A stretch of DNA of 64,000 nt from Nemertoderma westbladi (taxonomy: Eukaryota > Animalia > Xenacoelomorpha): assembly GCA_032718475.1 (NCBI GenBank), contig JAUCBJ010001686.1, forward strand, positions 14,424 to 78,423, read 5' to 3'. Positions 10,032 through 24,509 of the stretch are shown piece after piece. Numbering within the stretch: the first letter of the stretch is position 1; the number at the start of each line of letters is the position of its first letter. The notes beneath the pieces are model-generated. The model was not told where the DNA came from, did not search any database, and saw only the letters and a list, made by a program, of their open reading frames with translations. The position numbers and the translations under genes are program-made.

Positions 10032-13000
10032 GAGGGCTGCTAATGTGTTGTGGATTACATATAAATGCTAACAAAGTAAAGAGGGCTGCTAATATGTTAT
10101 GGATTACATATAAATGCTAACAAAGTAGAGAGGGCTGCTAATGTGTTGTGGATTACATATAAATCCTAACAAAGTAGAGAGGGCTGCTAATGTGTTGTGG
10201 ATTACATATAAATGCTAACAAAGTAAAGAGGGCTGCTAATGTGTTGTGGATTACATATAAATGCTAACAAAGTAAAGACGGCTGCTAATGTGTTGTGGAT
10301 TACATATAAATGCTAACAAAGTAGGGAGGGCTGCTAATGTGTTGTGGATTACATATAAATGCTAACAAAGTAGGGAGGGCTGCTAATGTGTTGTGGATTA
10401 CATATAAATCCTAACAAAGTAGAGAGGGCTGCTAATGTGTTATGGATTACATATAAATGCTAACAAAGTAAAGAGGGCTGCTAATGTGTTGTGGATTACA
10501 TATAAATGCTAACAAAGTAAAGAGGGCTGCTAATGTGTTGTGGATTACATATAAATGCTAACAAAGTAAAGAGGGCTGCTAATGTGTTGTGGATTACATA
10601 TAAATGCTAACAAAGTAGGGAGGGCTGCTAATGTGTTGTGGATTACATATAAATGCTAACAAAGTAAAGAGGGCTGCTAATGTGTTGTGGATTACATATA
10701 AATGCTAACAAAGTAAAGAGGGCTGCTAATGTGTTATGGATTACATATAAATGCTAACAAAGTAAAGAGGGCTGCTAATGTGTTGTGGATTACATATAAA
10801 TGCTAACAAAGTAAAGAGGGCTGCTAATGTGTTATGGATTACATATAAATCCTAACAAAGTAAAGAGGGCTGCTAATGTGTTATGGATTACATATAAATC
10901 CTAACAAAGTAAAGAGGGCTGCTAATGTGTTGTGGATTACATATAAATCCTAACAAAGTAGGGAGGGCTGCTAATGTGTTGTGGATTACATATAAATGCT
11001 AACAAAGTAAAGAGGGCTGCTAATGTGTTATGGATTACATATAAATGCTAACAAAGTAAAGAGGGCTGCTAATGTGTTATGGATTACATATAAATGCTAA
11101 CAAAGTAAAGAGGGCTGCTAATGTGTTGTGGATTACATATAAATGCTAACAAAGTAAAGAGGGCTGCTAATGTGTTATGGATTACATATAAATCCTAACA
11201 AAGTAAAGAGGGCTGCTAATGTGTTATGGATTACATATAAATCCTAACAAAGTAAAGAGGGCTGCTAATGTGTTGTGGATTACATATAAATGCTAACAAA
11301 GTAGGGAGGGCTGCTAATGTGTTGTGGATTACATATAAATGCTAACAAAGTAAAGAGGGCTGCTAATGTGTTGTGGATTACATATAAATGCTAACAAAGT
11401 AAAGAGGGCTGCTAATGTGTTATGGATTACATATAAATGCTAACAAAGTAAAGAGGGCTGCTAATGTGTTGTGGATTACATATAAATGCTAACAAAGTAA
11501 AGAGGGCTGCTAATGTGTTATGGATTACATATAAATCCTAACAAAGTAAAGAGGGCTGCTAATGTGTTATGGATTACATATAAATCCTAACAAAGTAAAG
11601 AGGGCTGCTAATGTGTTGTGGATTACATATAAATCCTAACAAAGTAGGGAGGGCTGCTAATGTGTTGTGGATTACATATAAATCCTAACAAAGTAAAGAG
11701 GGCTGCTAATGTGTTATGGATTACATATAAATGCTAACAAAGTAAAGAGGGCTGCTAATGTGTTGTGGATTACATATAAATGCTAACAAAGTAAAGAGGG
11801 CTGCTAATGTGTTATGGATTACATATAAATCCTAACAAAGTAAAGAGGGCTGCTAATGTGTTATGGATTACATATAAATGCTAACAAAGTAAAGAGGGCT
11901 GCTAATGTGTTGTGGATTACATATAAATCCTAACAAAGTAAAGAGGGCTGCTAATGTGTTGTGGATTACATATAAATCCTAACAAAGTAGGGAGGGCTGC
12001 TAATGTGTTGTGGATTACATATAAATCCTAACAAAGTAGGGAGGGCTGCTAATGTGTTGTGGATTACATATAAATGCTAACAAAGTAAAGAGGGCTGCTA
12101 ATGTGTTATGGATTACATATAAATCCTAACAAAGTAAAGAGGGCTGCTAATGTGTTGTGGATTACATATAAATCCTAACAAAGTAGGGAGGGCTGCTAAT
12201 GTGTTGTGGATTACATATAAATCCTAACAAAGTAGGGAGGGCTGCTAATGTGTTGTGGATTACATATAAATCCTAACAAAGTAGGGAGGGCTGCTAATGT
12301 GTTGTGGATTACATATAAATCCTAACAAAGTAGGGAGGGCTGCTAATGTGTTATGGATTACATATAAATCCTAACAAAGTAAAGAGGGCTGCTAATGTGT
12401 TGTGGATTACATATAAATCCTAACAAAGTAAAGAGGGCTGCTAATGTGTTGTGGATTACATATAAATCCTAACAAAGTAGGGAGGGCTGCTAATGTGTTG
12501 TGGATTACATATAAATCCTAACAAAGTAGGGAGGGCTGCTAATGTGTTATGGATTACATATAAATCCTAACAAAGTAGGGAGGGCTGCTAATGTGTTATG
12601 GATTACATATAAATCCTAACAAAGTAGAGAGGGCTGCTAATGTGTTGTGGATTACATATAAATGCTAACAAAGTAAAGAGGGCTGCTAATGTGTTGTGGA
12701 TTACATATAAATCCTAACAAAGTAGGGAGGGCTGCTAATGTGTTATGGATTACATATAAATCCTAACAAAGTAAAGAGGGCTGCTAATGTGTTGTGGATT
12801 ACATATAAATGCTAACAAAGTAAAGAGGGCTGCTAATGTGTTGTGGATTACATATAAATCCTAACAAAGTAGGGAGGGCTGCTAATGTGTTGTGGATTAC
12901 ATATAAATCCTAACAAAGTAGGGAGGGCTGCTAATGTGTTATGGATTACATATAAATCCTAACAAAGTAGGGAGGGCTGCTAATGTGTTATGGATTACAT

Positions 13001-16000
13001 ATAAATCCTAACAAAGTAAAGAGGGCTGCTAATGTGTTGTGGATTACATATAAATGCTAACAAAGTAAAGAGGGCTGCTAATGTGTTGTGGATTACATAT
13101 AAATCCTAACAAAGTAGGGAGGGCTGCTAATGTGTTGTGGATTACATATAAATCCTAACAAAGTAGGGAGGGCTGCTAATGTGTTATGGATTACATATAA
13201 ATCCTAACAAAGTAGGGAGGGCTGCTAATGTGTTGTGGATTACATATAAATCCTAACAAAGTAGGGAGGGCTGCTAATGTGTTATGGATTACATATAAAT
13301 CCTAACAAAGTAGGGAGGGCTGCTAATGTGTTGTGGATTACATATAAATGCTAACAAAGTAAAGAGGGCTGCTAATGTGTTGTGGATTACATATAAATCC
13401 TAACAAAGTAGGGAGGGCTGCTAATGTGTTGTGGATTACATATAAATGCTAACAAAGTAAAGAGGGCTGCTAATGTGTTGTGGATTACATATAAATCCTA
13501 ACAAAGTAGGGAGGGCTGCTAATGTGTTGTGGATTACATATAAATCCTAACAAAGTAGGGAGGGCTGCTAATGTGTTATGGATTACATATAAATCCTAAC
13601 AAAGTAGGGAGGGCTGCTAATGTGTTGTGGATTACATATAAATGCTAACAAAGTAAAGAGGGCTGCTAATGTGTTGTGGATTACATATAAATCCTAACAA
13701 AGTAGGGAGGGCTGCTAATGTGTTGTGGATTACATATAAATCCTAACAAAGTAGGGAGGGCTGCTAATGTGTTATGGATTACATATAAATCCTAACAAAG
13801 TAGGGAGGGCTGCTAATGTGTTGTGGATTACATATAAATGCTAACAAAGTAAAGAGGGCTGCTAATGTGTTATGGATTACATATAAATCCTAACAAAGTA
13901 GGGAGGGCTGCTAATGTGTTGTGGATTACATATAAATGCTAACAAAGTAAAGAGGGCTGCTAATGTGTTGTGGATTACATATAAATCCTAACAAAGTAGG
14001 GAGGGCTGCTAATGTGTTGTGGATTACATATAAATCCTAACAAAGTAGGGAGGGCTGCTAATGTGTTATGGATTACATATAAATCCTAACAAAGTAGGGA
14101 GGGCTGCTAATGTGTTATGGATTACATATAAATCCTAACAAAGTAAAGAGGGCTGCTAATGTGTTGTGGATTACATATAAATGCTAACAAAGTAAAGAGG
14201 GCTGCTAATGTGTTGTGGATTACATATAAATCCTAACAAAGTAAAGAGGGCTGCTAATGTGTTATGGATTACATATAAATCCTAACAAAGTAGAGAGGGC
14301 TGCTAATGTGTTATGGATTACATATAAATCCTAACAAAGTAAAGAGGGCTGCTAATGTGTTATGGATTACATATAAATCCTAACAAAGTAAAGAGGGCTG
14401 CTAATGTGTTATGGATTACATATAAATGCTAACAAAGTAAAGAGGGCTGCTAATGTGTTGTGGATTACATATAAATCCTAACAAAGTAGGGAGGGCTGCT
14501 AATGTGTTATGGATTACATATAAATCCTAACAAAGTAGGGAGGGCTGCTAATGTGTTATGGATTACATATAAATCCTAACAAAGTAGGGAGGGCTGCTAA
14601 TGTGTTGTGGATTACATATAAATCCTAACAAAGTAAAGAGGGCTGCTAATGTGTTATGGATTACATATAAATGCTAACAAAGTAAAGAGGGCTGCTAATG
14701 TGTTGTGGATTACATATAAATCCTAACAAAGTAGGGAGGGCTGCTAATGTGTTATGGATTACATATAAATCCTAACAAAGTAGGGAGGGCTGCTAATGTG
14801 TTATGGATTACATATAAATCCTAACAAAGTAGGGAGGGCTGCTAATGTGTTGTGGATTACATATAAATGCTAACAAAGTAAAGAGGGCTGCTAATGTGTT
14901 GTGGATTACATATAAATGCTAACAAAGTAAAGAGGGCTGCTAATGTGTTGTGGATTACATATAAATCCTAACAAAGTAGGGAGGGCTGCTAATGTGTTAT
15001 GGATTACATATAAATCCTAACAAAGTAAAGAGGGCTGCTAATGTGTTATGGATTACATATAAATGCTAACAAAGTAAAGAGGGCTGCTAATGTGTTGTGG
15101 ATTACATATAAATCCTAACAAAGTAGGGAGGGCTGCTAATGTGTTATGGATTACATATAAATCCTAACAAAGTAGGGAGGGCTGCTAATGTGTTGTGGAT
15201 TACATATAAATGCTAACAAAGTAGGGAGGGCTGCTAATGTGTTATGGATTACATATAAATCCTAACAAAGTAAAGAGGGCTGCTAATGTGTTATGGATTA
15301 CATATAAATCCTAACAAAGTAGGGAGGGCTGCTAATGTGTTGTGGATTACATATAAATCCTAACAAAGTAAAGAGGGCTGCTAATGTGTTATGGATTACA
15401 TATAAATCCTAACAAAGTAAAGAGGGCTGCTAATGTGTTATGGATTACATATAAATCCTAACAAAGTAAAGAGGGCTGCTAATGTGTTATGGATTACATA
15501 TAAATCCTAACAAAGTAGGGAGGGCTGCTAATGTGTTGTGGATTACATATAAATGCTAACAAAGTAGGGAGGGCTGCTAATGTGTTATGGATTACATATA
15601 AATCCTAACAAAGTAAAGAGGGCTGCTAATGTGTTATGGATTACATATAAATCCTAACAAAGTAGGGAGGGCTGCTAATGTGTTGTGGATTACATATAAA
15701 TCCTAACAAAGTAAAGAGGGCTGCTAATGTGTTATGGATTACATATAAATGCTAACAAAGTAGAGAGGGCTGCTAATGTGTTGTGGATTACATATAAATG
15801 CTAACAAAGTAAAGAGGGCTGCTAATGTGTTGTGGATTACATATAAATGCTAACAAAGTAAAGAGGGCTGCTAATGTGTTGTGGATTACATATAAATCCT
15901 AACAAAGTAGGGAGGGCTGCTAATGTGTTGTGGATTACATATAAATCCTAACAAAGTAGGGAGGGCTGCTAATGTGTTATGGATTACATATAAATCCTAA

Positions 16001-19000
16001 CAAAGTAGGGAGGGCTGCTAATGTGTTATGGATTACATATAAATCCTAACAAAGTAAAGAGGGCTGCTAATGTGTTATGGATTACATATAAATCCTAACA
16101 AAGTAGGGAGGGCTGCTAATGTGTTATGGATTACATATAAATCCTAACAAAGTAGGGAGGGCTGCTAATGTGTTGTGGATTACATATAAATCCTAACAAA
16201 GTAGGGAGGGCTGCTAATGTGTTGTGGATTACATATAAATCCTAACAAAGTAAAGAGGGCTGCTAATGTGTTGTGGATTACATATAAATGCTAACAAAGT
16301 AGGGAGGGCTGCTAATGTGTTGTGGATTACATATAAATCCTAACAAAGTAGGGAGGGCTGCTAATGTGTTGTGGATTACATATAAATCCTAACAAAGTAA
16401 AGAGGGCTGCTAATGTGTTGTGGATTACATATAAATGCTAACAAAGTAGGGAGGGCTGCTAATGTGTTGTGGATTACATATAAATCCTAACAAAGTAGAG
16501 AGGGCTGCTAATGTGTTGTGGATTACATATAAATGCTAACAAAGTAAAGAGGGCTGCTAATGTGTTGTGGATTACATATAAATCCTAACAAAGTAGAGAG
16601 GGCTGCTAATGTGTTGTGGATTACATATAAATCCTAACAAAGTAGAGAGGGCTGCTAATGTGTTGTGGATTACATATAAATCCTAACAAAGTAGAGAGGG
16701 CTGCTAATGTGTTGTGGATTACATATAAATGCTAACAAAGTAAAGAGGGCTGCTAATGTGTTGTGGATTACATATAAATCCTAACAAAGTAGGGAGGGCT
16801 GCTAATGTGTTGTGGATTACATATAAATCCTAACAAAGTAGAGAGGGCTGCTAATGTGTTGTGGATTACATATAAATCCTAACAAAGTAGAGAGGGCTGC
16901 TAATGTGTTGTGGATTACATATAAATGCTAACAAAGTAAAGAGGGCTGCTAATGTGTTGTGGATTACATATAAATGCTAACAAAGTAGGGAGGGCTGCTA
17001 ATGTGTTGTGGATTACATATAAATCCTAACAAAGTAGGGAGGGCTGCTAATGTGTTGTGGATTACATATAAATCCTAACAAAGTAGAGAGGGCTGCTAAT
17101 GTGTTGTGGATTACATATAAATCCTAACAAAGTAGAGAGGGCTGCTAATGTGTTGTGGATTACATATAAATGCTAACAAAGTAAAGAGGGCTGCTAATGT
17201 GTTGTGGATTACATATAAATCCTAACAAAGTAGAGAGGGCTGCTAATGTGTTGTGGATTACATATAAATCCTAACAAAGTAGGGAGGGCTGCTAATGTGT
17301 TATGGATTACATATAAATCCTAACAAAGTAGGGAGGGCTGCTAATGTGTTGTGGATTACATATAAATGCTAACAAAGTAAAGAGGGCTGCTAATGTGTTG
17401 TGGATTACATATAAATCCTAACAAAGTAGAGAGGGCTGCTAATGTGTTGTGGATTACATATAAATCCTAACAAAGTAGGGAGGGCTGCTAATGTGTTATG
17501 GATTACATATAAATCCTAACAAAGTAGGGAGGGCTGCTAATGTGTTGTGGATTACATATAAATGCTAACAAAGTAAAGAGGGCTGCTAATGTGTTGTGGA
17601 TTACATATAAATCCTAACAAAGTAGAGAGGGCTGCTAATGTGTTGTGGATTACATATAAATCCTAACAAAGTAAAGAGGGCTGCTAATGTGTTATGGATT
17701 ACATATAAATCCTAACAAAGTAAAGAGGGCTGCTAATGTGTTATGGATTACATATAAATCCTAACAAAGTAAAGAGGGCTGCTAATGTGTTGTGGATTAC
17801 ATATAAATCCTAACAAAGTAAAGAGGGCTGCTAATGTGTTGTGGATTACATATAAATCCTAACAAAGTAGGGAGGGCTGCTAATGTGTTGTGGATTACAT
17901 ATAAATCCTAACAAAGTAAAGAGGGCTGCTAATGTGTTGTGGATTACATATAAATCCTAACAAAGTAGGGAGGGCTGCTAATGTGTTGTGGATTACATAT
18001 AAATCCTAACAAAGTAAAGAGGGCTGCTAATGTGTTATGGATTACATATAAATCCTAACAAAGTAAAGAGGGCTGCTAATGTGTTATGGATTACATATAA
18101 ATCCTAACAAAGTAGGGAGGGCTGCTAATGTGTTATGGATTACATATAAATCCTAACAAAGTAAAGAGGGCTGCTAATGTGTTATGGATTACATATAAAT
18201 GCTAACAAAGTAAAGAGGGCTGCTAATGTGTTATGGATTACATATAAATCCTAACAAAGTAGAGAGGGCTGCTAATGTGTTATGGATTACATATAAATCC
18301 TAACAAAGTAAAGAGGGCTGCTAATGTGTTATGGATTACATATAAATCCTAACAAAGTAAAGAGGGCTGCTAATGTGTTATGGATTACATATAAATCCTA
18401 ACAAAGTAGGGAGGGCTGCTAATGTGTTATGGATTACATATAAATCCTAACAAAGTAGAGAGGGCTGCTAATGTGTTATGGATTACATATAAATCCTAAC
18501 AAAGTAGAGAGGGCTGCTAATGTGTTATGGATTACATATAAATCCTAACAAAGTAGGGAGGGCTGCTAATGTGTTATGGATTACATATAAATCCTAACAA
18601 AGTAGAGAGGGCTGCTAATGTGTTATGGATTACATATAAATCCTAACAAAGTAGGGAGGGCTGCTAATGTGTTATGGATTACATATAAATCCTAACAAAG
18701 TAGAGAGGGCTGCTAATGTGTTATGGATTACATATAAATCCTAACAAAGTAGGGAGGGCTGCTAATGTGTTATGGATTACATATAAATCCTAACAAAGTA
18801 GGGAGGGCTGCTAATGTGTTATGGATTACATATAAATCCTAACAAAGTAGAGAGGGCTGCTAATGTGTTATGGATTACATATAAATCCTAACAAAGTAAA
18901 GAGGGCTGCTAATGTGTTATGGATTACATATAAATGCTAACAAAGTAAAGAGGGCTGCTAATGTGTTATGGATTACATATAAATCCTAACAAAGTAGGGA

Positions 19001-22000
19001 GGGCTGCTAATGTGTTATGGATTACATATAAATGCTAACAAAGTAAAGAGGGCTGCTAATGTGTTATGGATTACATATAAATGCTAACAAAGTAAAGAGG
19101 GCTGCTAATGTGTTATGGATTACATATAAATGCTAACAAAGTAAAGAGGGCTGCTAATGTGTTATGGATTACATATAAATGCTAACAAAGCAAAGAGGGC
19201 TGCTAATGTGTTATGGATTACATATAAATCCTAACAAAGTAGGGAGGGCTGCTAATGTGTTATGGATTACATATAAATGCTAACAAAGTAAAGAGGGCTG
19301 CTAATGTGTTATGGATTACATATAAATGCTAACAAAGTAAAGAGGGCTGCTAATGTGTTATGGATTACATATAAATCCTAACAAAGTAAAGAGGGCTGCT
19401 AATGTGTTATGGATTACATATAAATCCTAACAAAGTAGGGAGGGCTGCTAATGTGTTATGGATTACATATAAATGCTAACAAAGTAAAGAGGGCTGCTAA
19501 TGTGTTGTGGATTACATATAAATCCTAACAAAGTAGAGAGGGCTGCTAATGTGTTATGGATTACATATAAATGCTAACAAAGTAGGGAGGGCTGCTAATG
19601 TGTTGTGGATTACATATAAATCCTAACAAAGTAAAGAGGGCTGCTAATGTGTTATGGATTACATATAAATCCTAACAAAGTAGGGAGGGCTGCTAATGTG
19701 TTATGGATTACATATAAATGCTAACAAAGTAGGGAGGGCTGCTAATGTGTTGTGGATTACATATAAATCCTAACAAAGTAGGGAGGGCTGCTAATGTGTT
19801 ATGGATTACATATAAATCCTAACAAAGTAGAGAGGGCTGCTAATGTGTTGTGGATTACATATAAATCCTAACAAAGTAGGGAGGGCTGCTAATGTGTTAT
19901 GGATTACATATAAATCCTAACAAAGTAGAGAGGGCTGCTAATGTGTTGTGGATTACATATAAATGCTAACAAAGTAAAGAGGGCTGCTAATGTGTTGTGG
20001 ATTACATATAAATGCTAACAAAGTAAAGAGGGCTGCTAATGTGTTGTGGATTACATATAAATGCTAACAAAGTAAAGAGGGCTGCTAATGTGTTATGGAT
20101 TACATATAAATCCTAACAAAGTAGGGAGGGCTGCTAATGTGTTATGGATTACATATAAATCCTAACAAAGTAGGGAGGGCTGCTAATGTGTTATGGATTA
20201 CATATAAATGCTAACAAAGTAGAGAGGGCTGCTAATGTGTTGTGGATTACATATAAATGCTAACAAAGTAAAGAGGGCTGCTAATGTGTTGTGGATTACA
20301 TATAAATGCTAACAAAGTAAAGAGGGCTGCTAATGTGTTGTGGATTACATATAAATGCTAACAAAGTAAAGAGGGCTGCTAATGTGTTGTGGATTACATA
20401 TAAATGCTAACAAAGTAAAGAGGGCTGCTAATGTGTTGTGGATTACATATAAATGCTAACAAAGTAAAGAGGGCTGCTAATGTGTTATGGATTACATATA
20501 AATCCTAACAAAGTAGGGAGGGCTGCTAATGTGTTATGGATTACATATAAATCCTAACAAAGTAGGGAGGGCTGCTAATGTGTTATGGATTACATATAAA
20601 TGCTAACAAAGTAGAGAGGGCTGCTAATGTGTTGTGGATTACATATAAATGCTAACAAAGTAAAGAGGGCTGCTAATGTGTTGTGGATTACATATAAATG
20701 CTAACAAAGTAAAGAGGGCTGCTAATGTGTTGTGGATTACATATAAATGCTAACAAAGTAAAGAGGGCTGCTAATGTGTTATGGATTACATATAAATCCT
20801 AACAAAGTAGGGAGGGCTGCTAATGTGTTATGGATTACATATAAATCCTAACAAAGTAGGGAGGGCTGCTAATGTGTTATGGATTACATATAAATGCTAA
20901 CAAAGTAGAGAGGGCTGCTAATGTGTTGTGGATTACATATAAATGCTAACAAAGTAAAGAGGGCTGCTAATGTGTTATGGATTACATATAAATCCTAACA
21001 AAGTAGAGAGGGCTGCTAATGTGTTGTGGATTACATATAAATGCTAACAAAGTAAAGAGGGCTGCTAATGTGTTGTGGATTACATATAAATGCTAACAAA
21101 GTAAAGAGGGCTGCTAATGTGTTATGGATTACATATAAATCCTAACAAAGTAGGGAGGGCTGCTAATGTGTTATGGATTACATATAAATGCTAACAAAGT
21201 AGAGAGGGCTGCTAATGTGTTGTGGATTACATATAAATGCTAACAAAGTAAAGAGGGCTGCTAATGTGTTGTGGATTACATATAAATGCTAACTTCGTAG
21301 AGAGGGCTGCTAATGTGTTGTGGATTACATATAAATGCTAACAAAGTAGAGAGGGCTGCTAATGTGTTGTGGATTACATATAAATGCTAACAAAGTAGGG
21401 AGGGCTGCTAATGTGTTGTGGATTACATATAAATGCTAACAAAGTAGGGAGGGCTGCTAATGTGTTGTGGATTACATATAAATGCTAACAAAGTAAAGAG
21501 GGCTGCTAATGTGTTGTGGATTACATATAAATGCTAACAAAGTAAAGAGGGCTGCTAATGTGTTATGGATTACATATAAATCCTAACAAAGTAGGGAGGG
21601 CTGCTAATGTGTTGTGGATTACATATAAATCCTAACAAAGTAGAGAGGGCTGCTAATGTGTTGTGGATTACATATAAATGCTAACAAAGTAGAGAGGGCT
21701 GCTAATGTGTTGTGGATTACATATAAATGCTAACAAAGTAAAGAGGGCTGCTAATGTGTTGTGGATTACATATAAATCCTAACAAAGTAGAGAGGGCTGC
21801 TAATGTGTTGTGGATTACATATAAATGCTAACAAAGTAAAGAGGGCTGCTAATGTGTTGTGGATTACATATAAATGCTAACAAAGTAGGGAGGGCTGCTA
21901 ATGTGTTGTGGATTACATATAAATGCTAACAAAGTAAAGAGGGCTGCTAATGTGTTGTGGATTACATATAAATCCTAACAAAGTAGAGAGGGCTGCTAAT

Positions 22001-22627
22001 GTGTTGTGGATTACATATAAATGCTAACAAAGTAAAGAGGGCTGCTAATGTGTTGTGGATTACATATAAATGCTAACAAAGTAGGGAGGGCTGCTAATGT
22101 GTTGTGGATTACATATAAATGCTAACAAAGTAGGGAGGGCTGCTAATGTGTTGTGGATTACATATAAATGCTAACAAAGTAGGGAGGGCTGCTAATGTGT
22201 TGTGGATTACATATAAATGCTAACAAAGTAGGGAGGGCTGCTAATGTGTTGTGGATTACATATAAATGCTAACAAAGTAGAGAGGGCTGCTAATGTGTTA
22301 TGGATTACATATAAATCCTAACAAAGTAGAGAGGGCTGCTAATGTGTTGTGGATTACATATAAATGCTAACAAAGTAAAGAGGGCTGCTAATGTGTTGTG
22401 GATTACATATAAATGCTAACAAAGTAGGGAGGGCTGCTAATGTGTTGTGGATTACATATAAATGCTAACAAAGTAGGGAGGGCTGCTAATGTGTTGTGGA
22501 TTACATATAAATGCTAACAAAGTAGGGAGGGCTGCTAATGTGTTGTGGATTACATATAAATGCTAACAAAGTAGAGAGGGCTGCTAATGTGTTGTGGATT
22601 ACATATAAATGCTAACAAAGTAGAGAG
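10032..22627. repeat. 49-bp satellite, ~257 copies (12.6 kb), derived from LINE RT sequence
   Basis: Unit gagggctgctaatgtgtt[g/a]tggattacatataaat[g/c]ctaacaaagta[aa/gg/ga]. Confidence 0.97.
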
Positions 22628-22649
22628 CAAGTAGAATCACTCAACAACT

Positions 22650-23230
22650 GAAAACAAATAAATTGGTCCCAGGCCCAAAGAAGGGCAACCTAACAACCTG
22701 CGGAATCTCATTAATCTCGATTGCTGCAAAGCTATACAACAGAATTCTATTAAATCGCATCAGGGATCCCATTGAGAGACTGCTCCGTGGAAATCAGAAT
22801 GGGTTCCGTAAAGGTCGTGGGACCATGGAGCCTATTTTGGCACTTAGAAGGATAATTGAAGAATTATCAAAAAAGAAAGACAGGCATCTGGCTGTTATCT
22901 TTGTTGACTTCTTCAAGGCCTTTGATTCAGTCTCTCGCTCACGTATGTTCAGCATATGGAATTCCTGATGAAATTATTGCAGCTATCAGATCACTGTACG
23001 ATGGTTCCACCACGTTTGTGTCTACTGCTGATGGTGACACAGATCCATTCGAAGTCTTATGGGGAGTCCCTCAGGGAGACACACTTGCACCATTCTTATT
23101 CGTAATTGTGGTTGATTATGTTCTACGCATGTCCTTAGACCATCTTAATAAAGATGTGGTAATGACAATACCCCTTACTGGAACAAGAAGTTTAAGAAAT
23201 CCATCAAGGTACCTTACTGATCTGGTCTAG
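22650..23230 (+). mobile_element. Diverged internal fragment of RTE-like family A
   Basis: GISLISIAAKLYNRILLNRIRDP, FVDFFKAFDS, QGDTLAPFLF; frameshifted. Confidence 0.85.
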
Positions 23231-23237
23231 GTTTACT

Positions 23238-23500
23238 GTATTATTTACTTTAAACTTACGATATTGTGTTCAGCATTCCTTGCCATATGCGACTAAGATC
23301 CCGTATTATTTACTTTAAACTTACGATATTGTGTTCAGCATTCCTTGCCATATGCGACTAAGATCCCGTATTATTTACTTTAAACTTACGATATTGTGTT
23401 CAGCATTCCTTGCCATATGCGACTAAGATCCCGTATTATTTACTTTAAACTTACGATATTGTGTTCAGCATTCCTTGCCATATGCGACTAAGATCCCGTA
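23238..23500. repeat. Four copies of a 65-bp tandem duplication spanning an exon end and its donor
   Basis: Identical units start at 23238, 23303, 23368 and 23433. Confidence 0.95.
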
Positions 23501-23627
23501 GATTAAAAACATAGTGGAATTTGGCCGGGGTTGGAAGCATTTTAACTTTAGTTTTCTGCCATAATTTACGGGTTACAGGTACGAGCTTTTCGATGACATC
23601 ACAAATTTCATGTTTGAAACCTCTTTC
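23455..23627 (-). CDS. DNAH5: Dynein heavy chain exon (absent from the ORF track)
   Basis: Manual translation [57 protein letters not shown]; acceptor cctgcag, donor TC|gtaagt. Confidence 0.94.
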
Positions 23628-24069
23628 CTGCAGGAGCAGTTAATAATAATAATAATAATTTTATTTATAACCCGCCTGTACAATAATAGCTCTAGGCGCA
23701 CAGACTACGAAATAAGTAGAGTTCTAAAAATTCCAAATTATACAAATACAATGTAATATGAATTAATTAAGTAGAGTTTAAAATCGGCAATAGTGATAAG
23801 TAAAAGTTATAAGTAAAAGATCTCATTGCATTACAATGGAGTTCTAGTTGTTCGACTTTCTGGCCCAATGAGAGAAGTTCTTTATATATATTTGTATATT
23901 TACACCAAGAAGGTATTAGTTTTCCACAATTACATACAATAATAAATCAATAAATAATGCGGACCACTTGATTAAAATAAATTAAATACGAACTGTAAAA
24001 TACTCAACAGAAGTCGACTTATGGTACCGCACTGATTATTATTTATTTATCCACTGATTAAAAATTGGA

Positions 24070-24509
24070 TAAAAATTAATTAGTAAATATGGGACATAAA
24101 ATAATATATAAAATTAATTAGTAAATATGGGACATAAAATAATATATAAAATTAATTAGTAAATATGGGACATAAAATAATATATAAAATTAATTAGTAA
24201 ATATGGGACATAAAATAATATATAAAATTAATTAGTAAATATGGGACATAAAATTATATATAAAATTAATTAGTAAATATGGGACATAAAATAATATATA
24301 AAATTACTTAGTAAATATGGGACATAAAATTATATATAAAATTAATTAGTAAATATGGGACATAAAATAATATATAAAATTAATTAGTAAATATGGGACA
24401 TAAAATTATATATAAAATTAATTAGTAAATATGGGACATAAAATAATATATAAAATTAATTAGTAAATATGGGACATAAAATAATATATAAAATAAATTA
24501 GTAAATATG
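24070..24509. repeat. 38-bp AT-rich minisatellite, left arm
   Basis: Unit tagtaaatatgggacataaaataatatataaaattaat, ~11 copies. Confidence 0.93.

Noticed and set aside
10032-22627. CRISPR-like array
   Set aside because: No unique spacers and no cas genes; it is a head-to-tail satellite in a eukaryotic intron.
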